Shown: positions 46,801 through 52,458 of the stretch, in pieces
How positions within the stretch are numbered: the stretch's first letter is position 1
Layout: every line of letters begins with the position of its first letter
DNA from: a virus
Lineage: Duplodnaviria; Caudoviricetes
Length of the DNA: 61,618 nt
Direction: 5' to 3' (one strand)
IMG/VR virus record: IMGVR_UViG_3300002179_000003
Span: 1-61,618 of that record
The notes under the pieces: generated by a model
The model's input: the letters and a program-made list of their open reading frames with translations, nothing else
Databases searched by the model: none
Told to the model about the DNA's origin: nothing
Position numbers and translations under genes: made by a program

Positions 46801-49689
46801 GATCCTGATACTCTTAATAACATTCTTGAATGTGCTGGGTTCGGTTACATCTTCATCCCATTTGGTTTCACCTTTGATAACTTTACCCGGAACCTCTACC
46901 TTTTCTTCGTCAGCCTGAACTACAAATTTAGGGTGATCTTTGAATTTCTTCTGAAGAATAGGCAATGCTTTTTCAAGTGGCATTTTATCGGTTGGCACTA
47001 CTTCGTCTGATTCATTAAACTGAATCTCGTTTTTATCGAACTTCTGGGTAATGATTTTCTGCTCAGCGGGCACTGGTTGATTTTGTCCATTTTCTGACAC
47101 TTTGCCGTCTCCACTCGGTTCATTTGTGACAGATTGATTGTTTTCTGGGAATATTTCCGACAAATTAATATTTTCCTGCGTTCCTTCTGCTTGTTTAGGC
47201 GCTACCGAAACATGGTATTCATCCGGTTGCATCGGGTCTGGGTTCGGTGTATGGACAATTGCGACATCATTTTTATTGCCCAGAACAGTTTCAATGTCTG
47301 CCCGTGCCTTCTCTGCGCCGTCCAGACTATTATAAACTTCACTTTTAAGTGAATTGTTTTCATCCGGGGTAAACGTATATTGTGTTTTACCTACCTCGAT
47401 AGTGTTTAACTTAGGCTCTTCCTGTGGTTTGGTCTGCAACTGGTCAAGAATCTTCTTTTGGGTATCCTGATCAATCTCAACCATTGGACCTGTTGGATCA
47501 ACTGGCCCGTTATTGTCGTCAAGTTCTTTGACCAACCATGTACCATCTTCTTTAATATCCTGAACACCATACTTTTTACCGTTCATGTTGAAAGTGGAAG
47601 GTGGTTCCTGCTGGTTTTCCTGATCATACTGCTGCATCTGCTCAGCGTGAACCTCATCCGGGGTCTGAACTTTTCTGTTCTTAATGTCAGCCGTAGATAT
47701 TGTTTTAGGGATTCCGTCCTGACCGATTATTATTGATTGTCCTCCAGGTGTGTCGCTCTTAATGGCTCCCAGTTCATTTCCTTTGGCATCGAAAGCAGTA
47801 TGAACATTGCCGTCAGTGTGTAGTATAGTTTCGATGTTTGCCTGGGATTGTTGTTCTGCTTGCTGCCTTGGATCGGGTACAGAACCTAATCCTGATCGTT
47901 GAGGTTCGCTCTGTGGGTGTTCTGGATTAGGTTGATCAAATTTAGCAAGTAGTGAATTATATACATCACCCTTATTTACTGTCATAACCTTCCACGAAGG
48001 ATCAATTAACCCTTCAGTTCCATTTTTATCAACACCCTTGATATTTCCATCTTTATCCCTTCCGGAAGCGTAGTAATTATTTCCTTCTGGGTCGGTGGCA
48101 ACAAATATATTACCATCCTCGTTTGAAATTCGGTTAACCATTTGCTTAACCCTGCCGGAATATACATCCCTTTGAATGGTTGGGCTTATCTTGCCTGTTT
48201 CGATGGTTTTATTAAATACATCAGTCGGAATAATCATACTATTGTTGTAGTCTGATTCATTGGCCTTGATACTTGTTCCGTCCGGTCTTATGCCATAATA
48301 ATCTTTCCCTGCCTGATAAATTTCTGCTGGTTTTCCTTCCACTAATCCTACAGCAACGGTTCCCTGTGATTCCCTGCGTTGTTGAATAGAGGAAGTTTGT
48401 TTCATTTTAGCAAACGGAAATAGCACTGATTCAAATATTGCGCCTGAAGTAATCGACTGTTTCACTCCGTCAATAAGTTGTGCCATACCAACATTTTCAC
48501 CAAGCGCCTTGTTTGTACCCTGTTTGCCTAAGTCCATTGCTTCCATACCTGCGGCAGACTTACCTACGCCAGTTAAGTATTGTTTTCCAATGTTCAGGGC
48601 TGCTTCTGCTCCTGTTTTAGGTACTTGGTCTGTAAATGCCTTTAATGTTCCCTCTAATCCGTCAATAAGTTCAGGTGAAGCCTTCATAAAAGCGCCTACC
48701 ATGTATTTTTTAACTGGTGCAGGTAGTAAATGCCCTAACATTCCACCCCACGGAACTGACATTGCGGCTCCATATCCAATACCATAAGCTTGTTTTTTCC
48801 ATTCCGGCATCAGTTGTTTGGATTCTTTCTCGACTTCATCAGCGTGGTTTAACCCTTCTCCCTGCCCCATCGCAAAGAAAGCGGCTGTTGTGGCTGGTGC
48901 AATCTCTGGCTGGAATACTGTTGCAAGTGCCATTCCGACCATTGGAACTATTGCGCCCGCCTTTGATGCTGCATTGTCTGAATCTTTTGGTATTGACTTT
49001 TGCCAATTATCTATTACAGCTGTTCCTGCTGCTGATATGGCATAAGTTCCGGGGAACAATGGATTCTTAATATCACTTAATACTGCCTTGGATATTTCTG
49101 CGCCTACGCGTTGAGAGTTATGACCTGCTGAAATAAGAAAGTCCTCATAGTGTTGCCCGATATTATCAATTGGATGTTCGGTAAACTTCGAATATTCAAG
49201 TGGCTGGTTCGAATCAATTTTCGCTCCACCAGTTTGTTCTTGTGCCTGATTAAAGTATTTGTCTGTCGGTACTTCCTGTTGTGGAATGGCTTTTTTCAAG
49301 GTATTTTCCTGGCCTATTATCGGTGCAATACTTGGATTAACTGCAATACCAGTGGCCGGAATAGTTGGTACAACTTGTTTCTTCTCAACATTCACATAGG
49401 GAATGCTTGAATGAAGACTTTCTGCTGCTGATATTGGCTGAGTACTTGGATCTTCAATTGGCTTTGGTGTATTAAAATCATCCAGATGCCCCATAAATGT
49501 AGCCTCATTACCTAATTCGCTTTCACTGAATCCCTTTTTATCCTTCAGGTTACCGTACAGTTTCTTTGCCTTTTGATAATCTCCCAAATTAGTATTGAAA
49601 GTATTGAAGTCGCCAATTTCATCAACGGTTACCTTTTTTGAATTCAAAAGGTTGTTGTAAAGTTTCTGGTTATTTAAGGTATCTGGCAT
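34807..49689 (-). CDS. Giant polyvalent (DarB-like) virion protein: MTase, Strawberry-notch SF2 helicase, MutS-I, JAB/RadC domains
   Basis: 4960 aa; 'LEPSAGNG' and 'NPPF' (N6-MTase); 'DMTGIGKGR', 'LDESHN', 'RGRIDRTGQ' (SF2); 'KYPNSVVLLKVGGFYE' (MutS-I); 'HNHPSGN..SESD' (JAB). Confidence 0.85.
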   Translation of the reverse strand: MPDTLNNQKLYNNLLNSKKVTVDEIGDFNTFNTNLGDYQKAKKLYGNLKDKKGFSESELGNEATFMGHLDDFNTPKPIEDPSTQPISAAESLHSSIPYVNVEKKQVVPTIPATGIAVNPSIAPIIGQENTLKKAIPQQEVPTDKYFNQAQEQTGGAKIDSNQPLEYSKFTEHPIDNIGQHYEDFLISAGHNSQRVGAEISKAVLSDIKNPLFPGTYAISAAGTAVIDNWQKSIPKDSDNAASKAGAIVPMVGMALATVFQPEIAPATTAAFFAMGQGEGLNHADEVEKESKQLMPEWKKQAYGIGYGAAMSVPWGGMLGHLLPAPVKKYMVGAFMKASPELIDGLEGTLKAFTDQVPKTGAEAALNIGKQYLTGVGKSAAGMEAMDLGKQGTNKALGENVGMAQLIDGVKQSITSGAIFESVLFPFAKMKQTSSIQQRRESQGTVAVGLVEGKPAEIYQAGKDYYGIRPDGTSIKANESDYNNSMIIPTDVFNKTIETGKISPTIQRDVYSGRVKQMVNRISNEDGNIFVATDPEGNNYYASGRDKDGNIKGVDKNGTEGLIDPSWKVMTVNKGDVYNSLLAKFDQPNPEHPQSEPQRSGLGSVPDPRQQAEQQSQANIETILHTDGNVHTAFDAKGNELGAIKSDTPGGQSIIIGQDGIPKTISTADIKNRKVQTPDEVHAEQMQQYDQENQQEPPSTFNMNGKKYGVQDIKEDGTWLVKELDDNNGPVDPTGPMVEIDQDTQKKILDQLQTKPQEEPKLNTIEVGKTQYTFTPDENNSLKSEVYNSLDGAEKARADIETVLGNKNDVAIVHTPNPDPMQPDEYHVSVAPKQAEGTQENINLSEIFPENNQSVTNEPSGDGKVSENGQNQPVPAEQKIITQKFDKNEIQFNESDEVVPTDKMPLEKALPILQKKFKDHPKFVVQADEEKVEVPGKVIKGETKWDEDVTEPSTFKNVIKSIRIVPKAEVTNKLLDLVDQHNATPASRENKETGKQITSLAKELGYQTEKNASNQIRIFDKNGTIEKTKPTPEVSRNINIETKNKEKVPEVTTQNDVNQFDALLETPISEQNKKLEKEINQNNLQNGNRNKGGITGTSGTGEPITDGSGGNDIPAGVSPFDELIQSGNEPVVLPGGIGEGNKGIGSGEHPVKEVGNENINKFGVIKKTAKVPQPKTNSITGKAKEIEVSPTDLKDLALQYFVNGGLVKSDDILKKFNDNNGERLARMSYTSNENGLTIAQIAHNIEESLPESIKSGLGPMDVHNAVEDVINTHNSPIAMAKTLLSKYSEDPNQGYSKEWLAEQLKNEDEERQSEVEAWTNHYENGNLPTENELIELFKPTDNGQKIDKGGSIEPDRPVNPEGNGEIGQNLQGSEPGVPGEVEGKEKSVIPIIPQSENKEPWQTDAIDFHKKDNEGLFGKGDVVVARNKNRIDANNLMIRFVSEAKNPDDLYDIATNYFSAERDKLKEKYGNSESDEKNNAYSDLSRTEDDVFSAIDGTNAENNPEMAARIEADRIAKEKEFKQRELDRSKPLTEVLSDGKKEVQEKKLSAKEKNDFLSRIDLEKAGLHKMGYQMDMSQFDNFKREDYQNLLDKFPRWDKLSLKERQKIGILRAIESGEITKEQGISELNDAGLDIPANLVEKQSPVEPEAKPEKKPIFETLQQKSKENRVRKSVEVNPETTVFKKDDAMAAIERLKKKLGGDQNIVSEPETPYANNIPAKLSLSDLSDAQTVAGYFIESGQTAFSDYAKSMIDALGDGIKPYLKSIYNGIRDFPGMEQHEPNMTDYNEVKKLNIEQALKPVEPGNKKGFVDTIKSKLGTDKLNIVSIRKIAAENGLTNIKDTTLQEYVELAIISKAREIVSQDISQNEKFKQIVELYNSQPTISMRSSERIEKQQYSTPLPMSFMAGEFVNAINPKSLLEPSAGNGMMVFNVDPKIVTANEIDVIRLENLKEQGFKEVTDQDGTTEFDIEPVDAVITNPPFGKSEARDYKGYKISGLDEQMVVNALENLSDKGRASIIIGGHTKYKENGTLAGKKAFFNYLYNFYNVSDVISMDGGLYSKQGTSFPTTLILINGKRTENIRVYAPLEKNTNTDIVTTFDELQQRVNKASNEKNILQPEIPDRNSNGTGSRSGNGRTTSPERTGTLDFNGTATGSNQPGNGQAGNDRPTNRSEGTPKPNDGNGRGSDTPERNQGNDDPGNMEGAGGIPPEDTSKLLNRPDELAGDKVEIDLTKEKSPYPARSKSAQIGSVVPTNVAQTLSDVLSVFKDIDEYTRIKLGYNSKDELFNALSAEQIDGVAMAINQIENDGALIIGDMTGIGKGRQAAAILRYAHLQGKKPIFVTEKAHLFSDIYRDLRDIGSADLKPFIFNSKGQKSDPTIVDENGVVIYTPLSEAIKRPIFQGNSIPSNYDYAVLTYSQLNAAAGKPSVKKDFFSTILEDNILVLDESHNAGGEGNTGTFLTGVMPSVKGVVFLSGTFAKRADNMPIYAMKTAMSDTNMSNAELIEAIKTGGVPLQEIMSKNLTQSGQMIRRERDFAGVTIDWKTIEDADTHFKAYDSTIKVFNDLIQFQREYIDPIIEEKNAELAEMQGGAEHTAGTSDFGINNVPFASKTFNLTRQLLFSLKAKNIANEAIEELKAGRRPVIAVANTMEGFMNELGGIGEKISNYDFSTTLMKGLHGLFRFTETDGMGDHQNLVLTVADLPKDAQDRYYEIEDFIKNMSVGISISPIDIIKDAVTKAGYSIGEMTGRSNELVFNPDGTAQIQKRTNTDKKKLTRDFNAGKLDALIINQSASTGISLHASEKVADQRQRIMLSAQTQLDVNTEVQMRGRIDRTGQVVRGAYRYILSPIPAEQRMTMMFKVKLKSLDANTTSSQKSKTNEIEIVDFLNKYGDKISVDHLKEDSELNEKLLDPMKFEGKSEADIESFVAPESAALKIAGRVALLPINEQQKFYDEITEKYNTLINYLNDTNSNDLEITTLPLRAETKEKVVVVQGKGGDNPFAQDSYREKVEIDVLKKPLKSEEILKEIAKHTDGLDQVEYRNGLIEKLDKYSNDLIETEIQKSNDDYNSKEKARIDKANKIFDKQKITDSEERGRMLENYLNTSQNIHDTALVGRVDKIRRKADGIRRVFNMFSVGKVVVVPNTSDVSLNTAYSEGVLMGYKIGDKMNPSTITAVFATLDSRRKIEVPLSKIDFLNASYAETMQMRSGIKTTLDNWDEKIPTKSRRTGYIITGNILQAFAGNEGQLIAYTDIDGNIKEGILLPENYKPNEQQMRVQIITKLDEIRNGQPFTDISGNVRIGRQNSGGYAIDVPLSKQAGGMYFLDAGLRDLVIGRDFRQMGGRMVGAISESNLEGVLQYMSGKFNTSVNVEIAANVKPREVPVTPNPVQKQIQETPVSKPTPVESAGTKLLSVEEFKHTQTGQILYNVKINGRSDDYDNMSLVARRNNPFGKQRPWNKFSKGFLFNTKDDAIRFKNEIEGNSQLNEPSSVYGNYNSIQEKYPNSVVLLKVGGFYEVIGNNAERVASSIGTTLTRTMNGGVVTTGFTDFNLENFLPKLTRAGFSIAIVDSETGNKIVPDFSKNEHFNTGISNIDNNETAQPQRTYKTNSGETLQYSLFSDTDNGSGDTNIQREDSRASNPVLRRLNEGEFSLVEQKYSLDKNFVFDGRNRIESTDDVAYLFKNLESKGIENMFAAFVKDGKPTIVHISMGTGSASLVNYNVISDGISRFSPDKVYLIHNHPSGNLNYSESDIKVHQRAVNAYGDIIGEHIIINLQTGKYATFREGKESHEIHDRPQSKDNSQNNYKVYNFDKQVFKTDTYLPEKIKHSGDIAAFISAQRFSEGNKLSAIILDRSNNIKAYVHLSDVDFRSNKSIDALRTELQGYVGRFGASGVILSGTRIIGHPEYQGIRNLKEDLAKSDITLLDVVSNYKTRWNYTSQTDEGLMEPQATYGKSERDKLKDNPEGMFGYLKGRNAQKDYELTEDNAWKFESDLSTAISGNNGNFSPEDNNILNEPQVEYRKSEDIIKNYSNKIRTLLEGSSSNYFTVEDANGNDVEIRVSNHSANRQNNSDEKTLSFITERTPQKKSGYNAMINEWVVEENGLTDTYENIEDILSYELGFDQSYNNSVNEPEAEYGKKKPDETMMDFMKRKSLENATFIPGVTETAETIKGFANSLQNTMTPYTKGAGGKLGAESMRSNLGKMQRDIDKAVVQLKQAKKRFDKMTNEENLDFINKMELGEPQTNPELQGYADALRKHIDETRDRVRELGTGKLETFIENYFPHYWEDKKKAASLFGGIARRPFEGSKSFLKQRTITYTRDGVEKGLIPVSWNPVTLELMKIREMERYIMAHRTINELKEAGYVKFVRLGQTRPEGFVSIDDKVGTVMHMNPDTHMLELLGHYFAEENSARILNNFLSKGLRGNGAYDLYRGLGNAVTQFQLGLSAFHLGFTSMDASISKQALGWEYLYHGKLAEAFAHFTMAPIAPVSNILGGIQLRKAWFGEGGTEEMKMIADLMAESGGRAKMDDFYREGWHDRIRENIRNRKFIKAGLEIPLQLLELASKPILEYIVPRQKLGVFLDMARYDMKIYPNSTFEARRTRLQKSWNSVDNRMGQLVYDNLFWNHITKDIAMASVRSVGWNLGTFREIGGAPKEAVDIIFSAMKGKTSDQTHKLAYMIGLVITTAISSAIFMYLRTGRRPEEPRDYFFPKDGGTDKNGDATRVSMPSYVKDLYHYSNDFPSGALNTLKNKLSPVNGIVAQMITNKDYYGTKVFNEDDSTIEKTKEIFNYLGQQLVPFGIRNAQKNNSDKLADKILPFIGIVPAPFDLNMTDAEKKISEIIRAKLPIGGRTKEQADHSKLKSDIRNQYIKTKDETVLDSAVENNTITDAEANKIWDDAQLTPIERSVKSLTATELFTIYKISTPTEKKLIAPILIDKAYNVEDKNPNEESIKQMDEIINTLEKDLKY

Positions 49690-49692
49690 AAC

Positions 49693-50904
49693 TTATTGAA
49701 ATAGTGATGGTGTATTACTATTGACCGGCTGTATTGGGATGCTTGATGGTTGCAGTATTGGTTCTCCTGATAATGGAATTCCTTTTTCCGTACGGTATTT
49801 ATCAAGGTATGCCGGACTTCCTACTTTTTGAGTGGGTGAACTTAACCCTTCTCTATTTACTTCAATCCATGCCCTTGTAAGGTCTTCGGGTTTTACTTCG
49901 GGGTCAACCTTGTAGGTTATCTTACCTCTTTTGCCCGTAACCGGAACAAACCATTCAGGGTGTAGTGCGTGAACCTCTGGACTATTGATTGCCTCACCGC
50001 GCATAAAACTGGCCTCTTCGGGTTTCAGTTCATAAACCTGTTTGGCTGTCTGTATCCGGACTGGCTGATGTGCCTTGTCAGTGGCAGAACTTCCGGTTTT
50101 ATCTGCCCTCTCCTGTGCTATCCTTTGATCCTGGTCTTTTTGTGCCTGTTGAGCATCAAATCTTCTCTTTGATTCAACTGAATCGGCCTGTTTGGTGGCA
50201 AGTAAATACTTTTTATATTCTTGTTGAGCATCAAACTGCTGCTGTCTCCATGCGGTTGCTTCTGTACCAGCCTTGTTGGCATCGTAAGCCTGACCGATTT
50301 GTAGTTTCTTGATATACTGTTCTTTCTGAAACTGGTCAAGTTGTTCTTTGTATTTATCCTGCCTGAATAAAATACTTTGCATGTACGGTGCGGCTGACTG
50401 ACTTTCTCTTCTCTGAATTGGTGCGCCCTTGGATACTCCGTACACATCACCCAATAGTCCTAAGAATTCACCAATCTTCTGAGCTTTGGCCATATTCCTG
50501 AGTTGATCTTCCGACTTCTGGTTATAGGTTGGTTTTGGTGCGTTATTGGCGAGTAAGCCTCCCAGATAGCTATTAGGGTCGATCTCTGGTTTTGGTGCAA
50601 CTGCCGGAATAGGAGCGACAACTCCGGGAGCGGAAACGTATGGTTCCCTTAGATTTCCTGAATCATTGAACGTTCGTGTGGGAATTTGCCCAGCCGGTAT
50701 TGACGGAATCAACATATCGTTATTGTTTCCGGGAGTTACTGGCTGCTTCATTAGTTGAGCATATTGAACTGCTGCCGCATCTGTTTTCGGTCCGTAAATG
50801 CCATCAACTTTTACTGCGATCCCGGCATCCAACATTTTCTGTTGAAGTTTTTTAACCTCTTCGTCTGGCTGTTGCGCTGTTAATGGTGAACTGTATAAAT
50901 TCAT
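49693..50904 (-). CDS. Putative ejection/internal virion protein with N-terminal peptidoglycan-binding domain
   Basis: 'VKKLQQKMLDAGIAVKVDGIYGPKTDAA' matches the PG_binding_1 pattern; Gln/Ala-rich helices. Confidence 0.6.
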   Translation of the reverse strand: MNLYSSPLTAQQPDEEVKKLQQKMLDAGIAVKVDGIYGPKTDAAAVQYAQLMKQPVTPGNNNDMLIPSIPAGQIPTRTFNDSGNLREPYVSAPGVVAPIPAVAPKPEIDPNSYLGGLLANNAPKPTYNQKSEDQLRNMAKAQKIGEFLGLLGDVYGVSKGAPIQRRESQSAAPYMQSILFRQDKYKEQLDQFQKEQYIKKLQIGQAYDANKAGTEATAWRQQQFDAQQEYKKYLLATKQADSVESKRRFDAQQAQKDQDQRIAQERADKTGSSATDKAHQPVRIQTAKQVYELKPEEASFMRGEAINSPEVHALHPEWFVPVTGKRGKITYKVDPEVKPEDLTRAWIEVNREGLSSPTQKVGSPAYLDKYRTEKGIPLSGEPILQPSSIPIQPVNSNTPSLFQ

Positions 50905-50906
50905 GG

Positions 50907-51515
50907 CTATTCAAAGTTTTGAGTTGCTTGTCCATCAGTAGTGGTATAACTACTGTTCAATCCTTTTTCAGACGTATTGAAACCCCAATCCCCCGTGCCT
51001 GATGTAGATTTACCGCTTGCGAACAGTGGTGCTAGTCCTGCCATGAAACTAGCTGAATTGCCCGCTAAGTTTGCACCTGACTGTGCCTGCTGACCTTGTA
51101 ATCCCATCTTCGTGTAAAGCAACCGGCCTAAATTTGAGCGGTAATTGTTCTCAGCATCATCCTGTCTTTGGGTTCCGTAAGCTGCAATCTTTGAGAAAAC
51201 ATCACCTAAAGCATTCTGTGAGTTTCCTTTGACTGCTATCTGAGCTTCATCACTGGCCCCTGTGACTGCTGCCGTACTTTCTGCATTCTTAGCCTGTTGT
51301 TTAAAAGTTTCCAAAGCGCGGTTGATAACTGACCGTCCAACATTTGAATCAACGTACGGTTGGTTCTTTTGGGTATCATACCAGCTTGTTAGGTCTGCTA
51401 TCTGGCCGTTGACAAGATTGCTCTGATCGTTGGCCGCGTCTCCTGCTTTTTTCTGTCCGTATAGGTTTGCGAGCAATGATGCTGCCGCAAGTCCTATCAT
51501 GATTGGTACTGGCAT
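50907..51515 (-). CDS. Putative DNA-ejection (pilot) protein
   Basis: Hydrophobic Ala/Gly N-terminus; Gln/Ala-rich; upstream of the giant internal protein. Confidence 0.6.
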   Translation of the reverse strand: MPVPIMIGLAAASLLANLYGQKKAGDAANDQSNLVNGQIADLTSWYDTQKNQPYVDSNVGRSVINRALETFKQQAKNAESTAAVTGASDEAQIAVKGNSQNALGDVFSKIAAYGTQRQDDAENNYRSNLGRLLYTKMGLQGQQAQSGANLAGNSASFMAGLAPLFASGKSTSGTGDWGFNTSEKGLNSSYTTTDGQATQNFE

Positions 51516-51525
51516 ATATTTTACA

Positions 51526-51807
51526 TTAAGTGATTCTAAATTCTAACGGTACATTATCTTCATTCATCATTTCATTACACGCCTGAATGTTCTCTTGATA
51601 ATATTTTTCTTTGCTGATAACCACCGACTTAAACAATTCGTCGATATTACAAATAAGAGGTCTATGGTCATATACTTTGCATTTATTGTTTTCAAGCATC
51701 TCACATTCGCCGTTTTTGTTTGCCTTATATGGGAATAGTCCGGGCGATACCTCTATTATAATTCCTACCCGCTTACAGCAACACCCACACTTTGTACAAG
51801 GAAACAT
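51526..51807 (-). CDS. YkgJ-family cysteine-cluster protein
   Basis: 'FPCTKCGCCC..CEML..CKVYDHRPLIC'. Confidence 0.8.
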   Translation of the reverse strand: MFPCTKCGCCCKRVGIIIEVSPGLFPYKANKNGECEMLENNKCKVYDHRPLICNIDELFKSVVISKEKYYQENIQACNEMMNEDNVPLEFRIT

Positions 51808-51822
51808 TTTATTTCATTTTTC

Positions 51823-51842
51823 CAAATTTAGTTTTACCTTTG
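51823..51842. promoter_or_regulatory. Back-to-back -7 boxes (TAAATTTG minus; TACCTTTG plus)
   Basis: Between divergent operons. Confidence 0.5.
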
Positions 51843-51909
51843 GTTGTTGAATATCAATATGTATCAATACTTTATATTTATATAACTTTTGTAAATAAGT
51901 TTACGATAA

Positions 51910-52458
51910 ATGTCCGCTGCAAGTAATATTTGGAACAAAAAGAAGTCTGCTATAATCTGTGATTTTGAATCAGGATTGTCAAATTTTGCAATTGCAAAGA
52001 AGTACGGACTGTCTAATCCTACCATAAAGGAGTGGCGTAAGCGGGTGGATTTCGAGGTAATGCCACCCGCTCCACCTGATAAGATGGCAATGCGTGCCGA
52101 GGTTGATCTGCTGCCTACAAAAAGGTTTCTCGAAGAACAGGGATCAATAGTTGAAACAACTGAAGTATTCAAGGTTAGGGGAATGAGATTCCTGAATATG
52201 GCTCTTGATCGTATGGAGGAACTTCTTGAAACAACAAAGGATATCAGGGCAATAGCTGCCGGGCTAAACGTCATAATGCCTTACCTTCTGGCTCGTGTTG
52301 ATGGTGATGGGGATATGGGCGGCTCACTCGAAGCCCGGAGAAATGCATTCATTCAAAATGTTCAGAATAATTACAACATAAAAATAAATAAAGATGAAAC
52401 AATCGAAAACATTGGCAATAACCGGAATTCAACGAAACCAGCCGCAGGGAATGAATGA
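51910..52458 (+). CDS. HTH protein, candidate terminase small subunit
   Basis: N-terminal HTH 'SNFAIAKKYGLSNPTIKEWRKR' followed by helical segments. Confidence 0.45.
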   Translation: MSAASNIWNKKKSAIICDFESGLSNFAIAKKYGLSNPTIKEWRKRVDFEVMPPAPPDKMAMRAEVDLLPTKRFLEEQGSIVETTEVFKVRGMRFLNMALDRMEELLETTKDIRAIAAGLNVIMPYLLARVDGDGDMGGSLEARRNAFIQNVQNNYNIKINKDETIENIGNNRNSTKPAAGNE

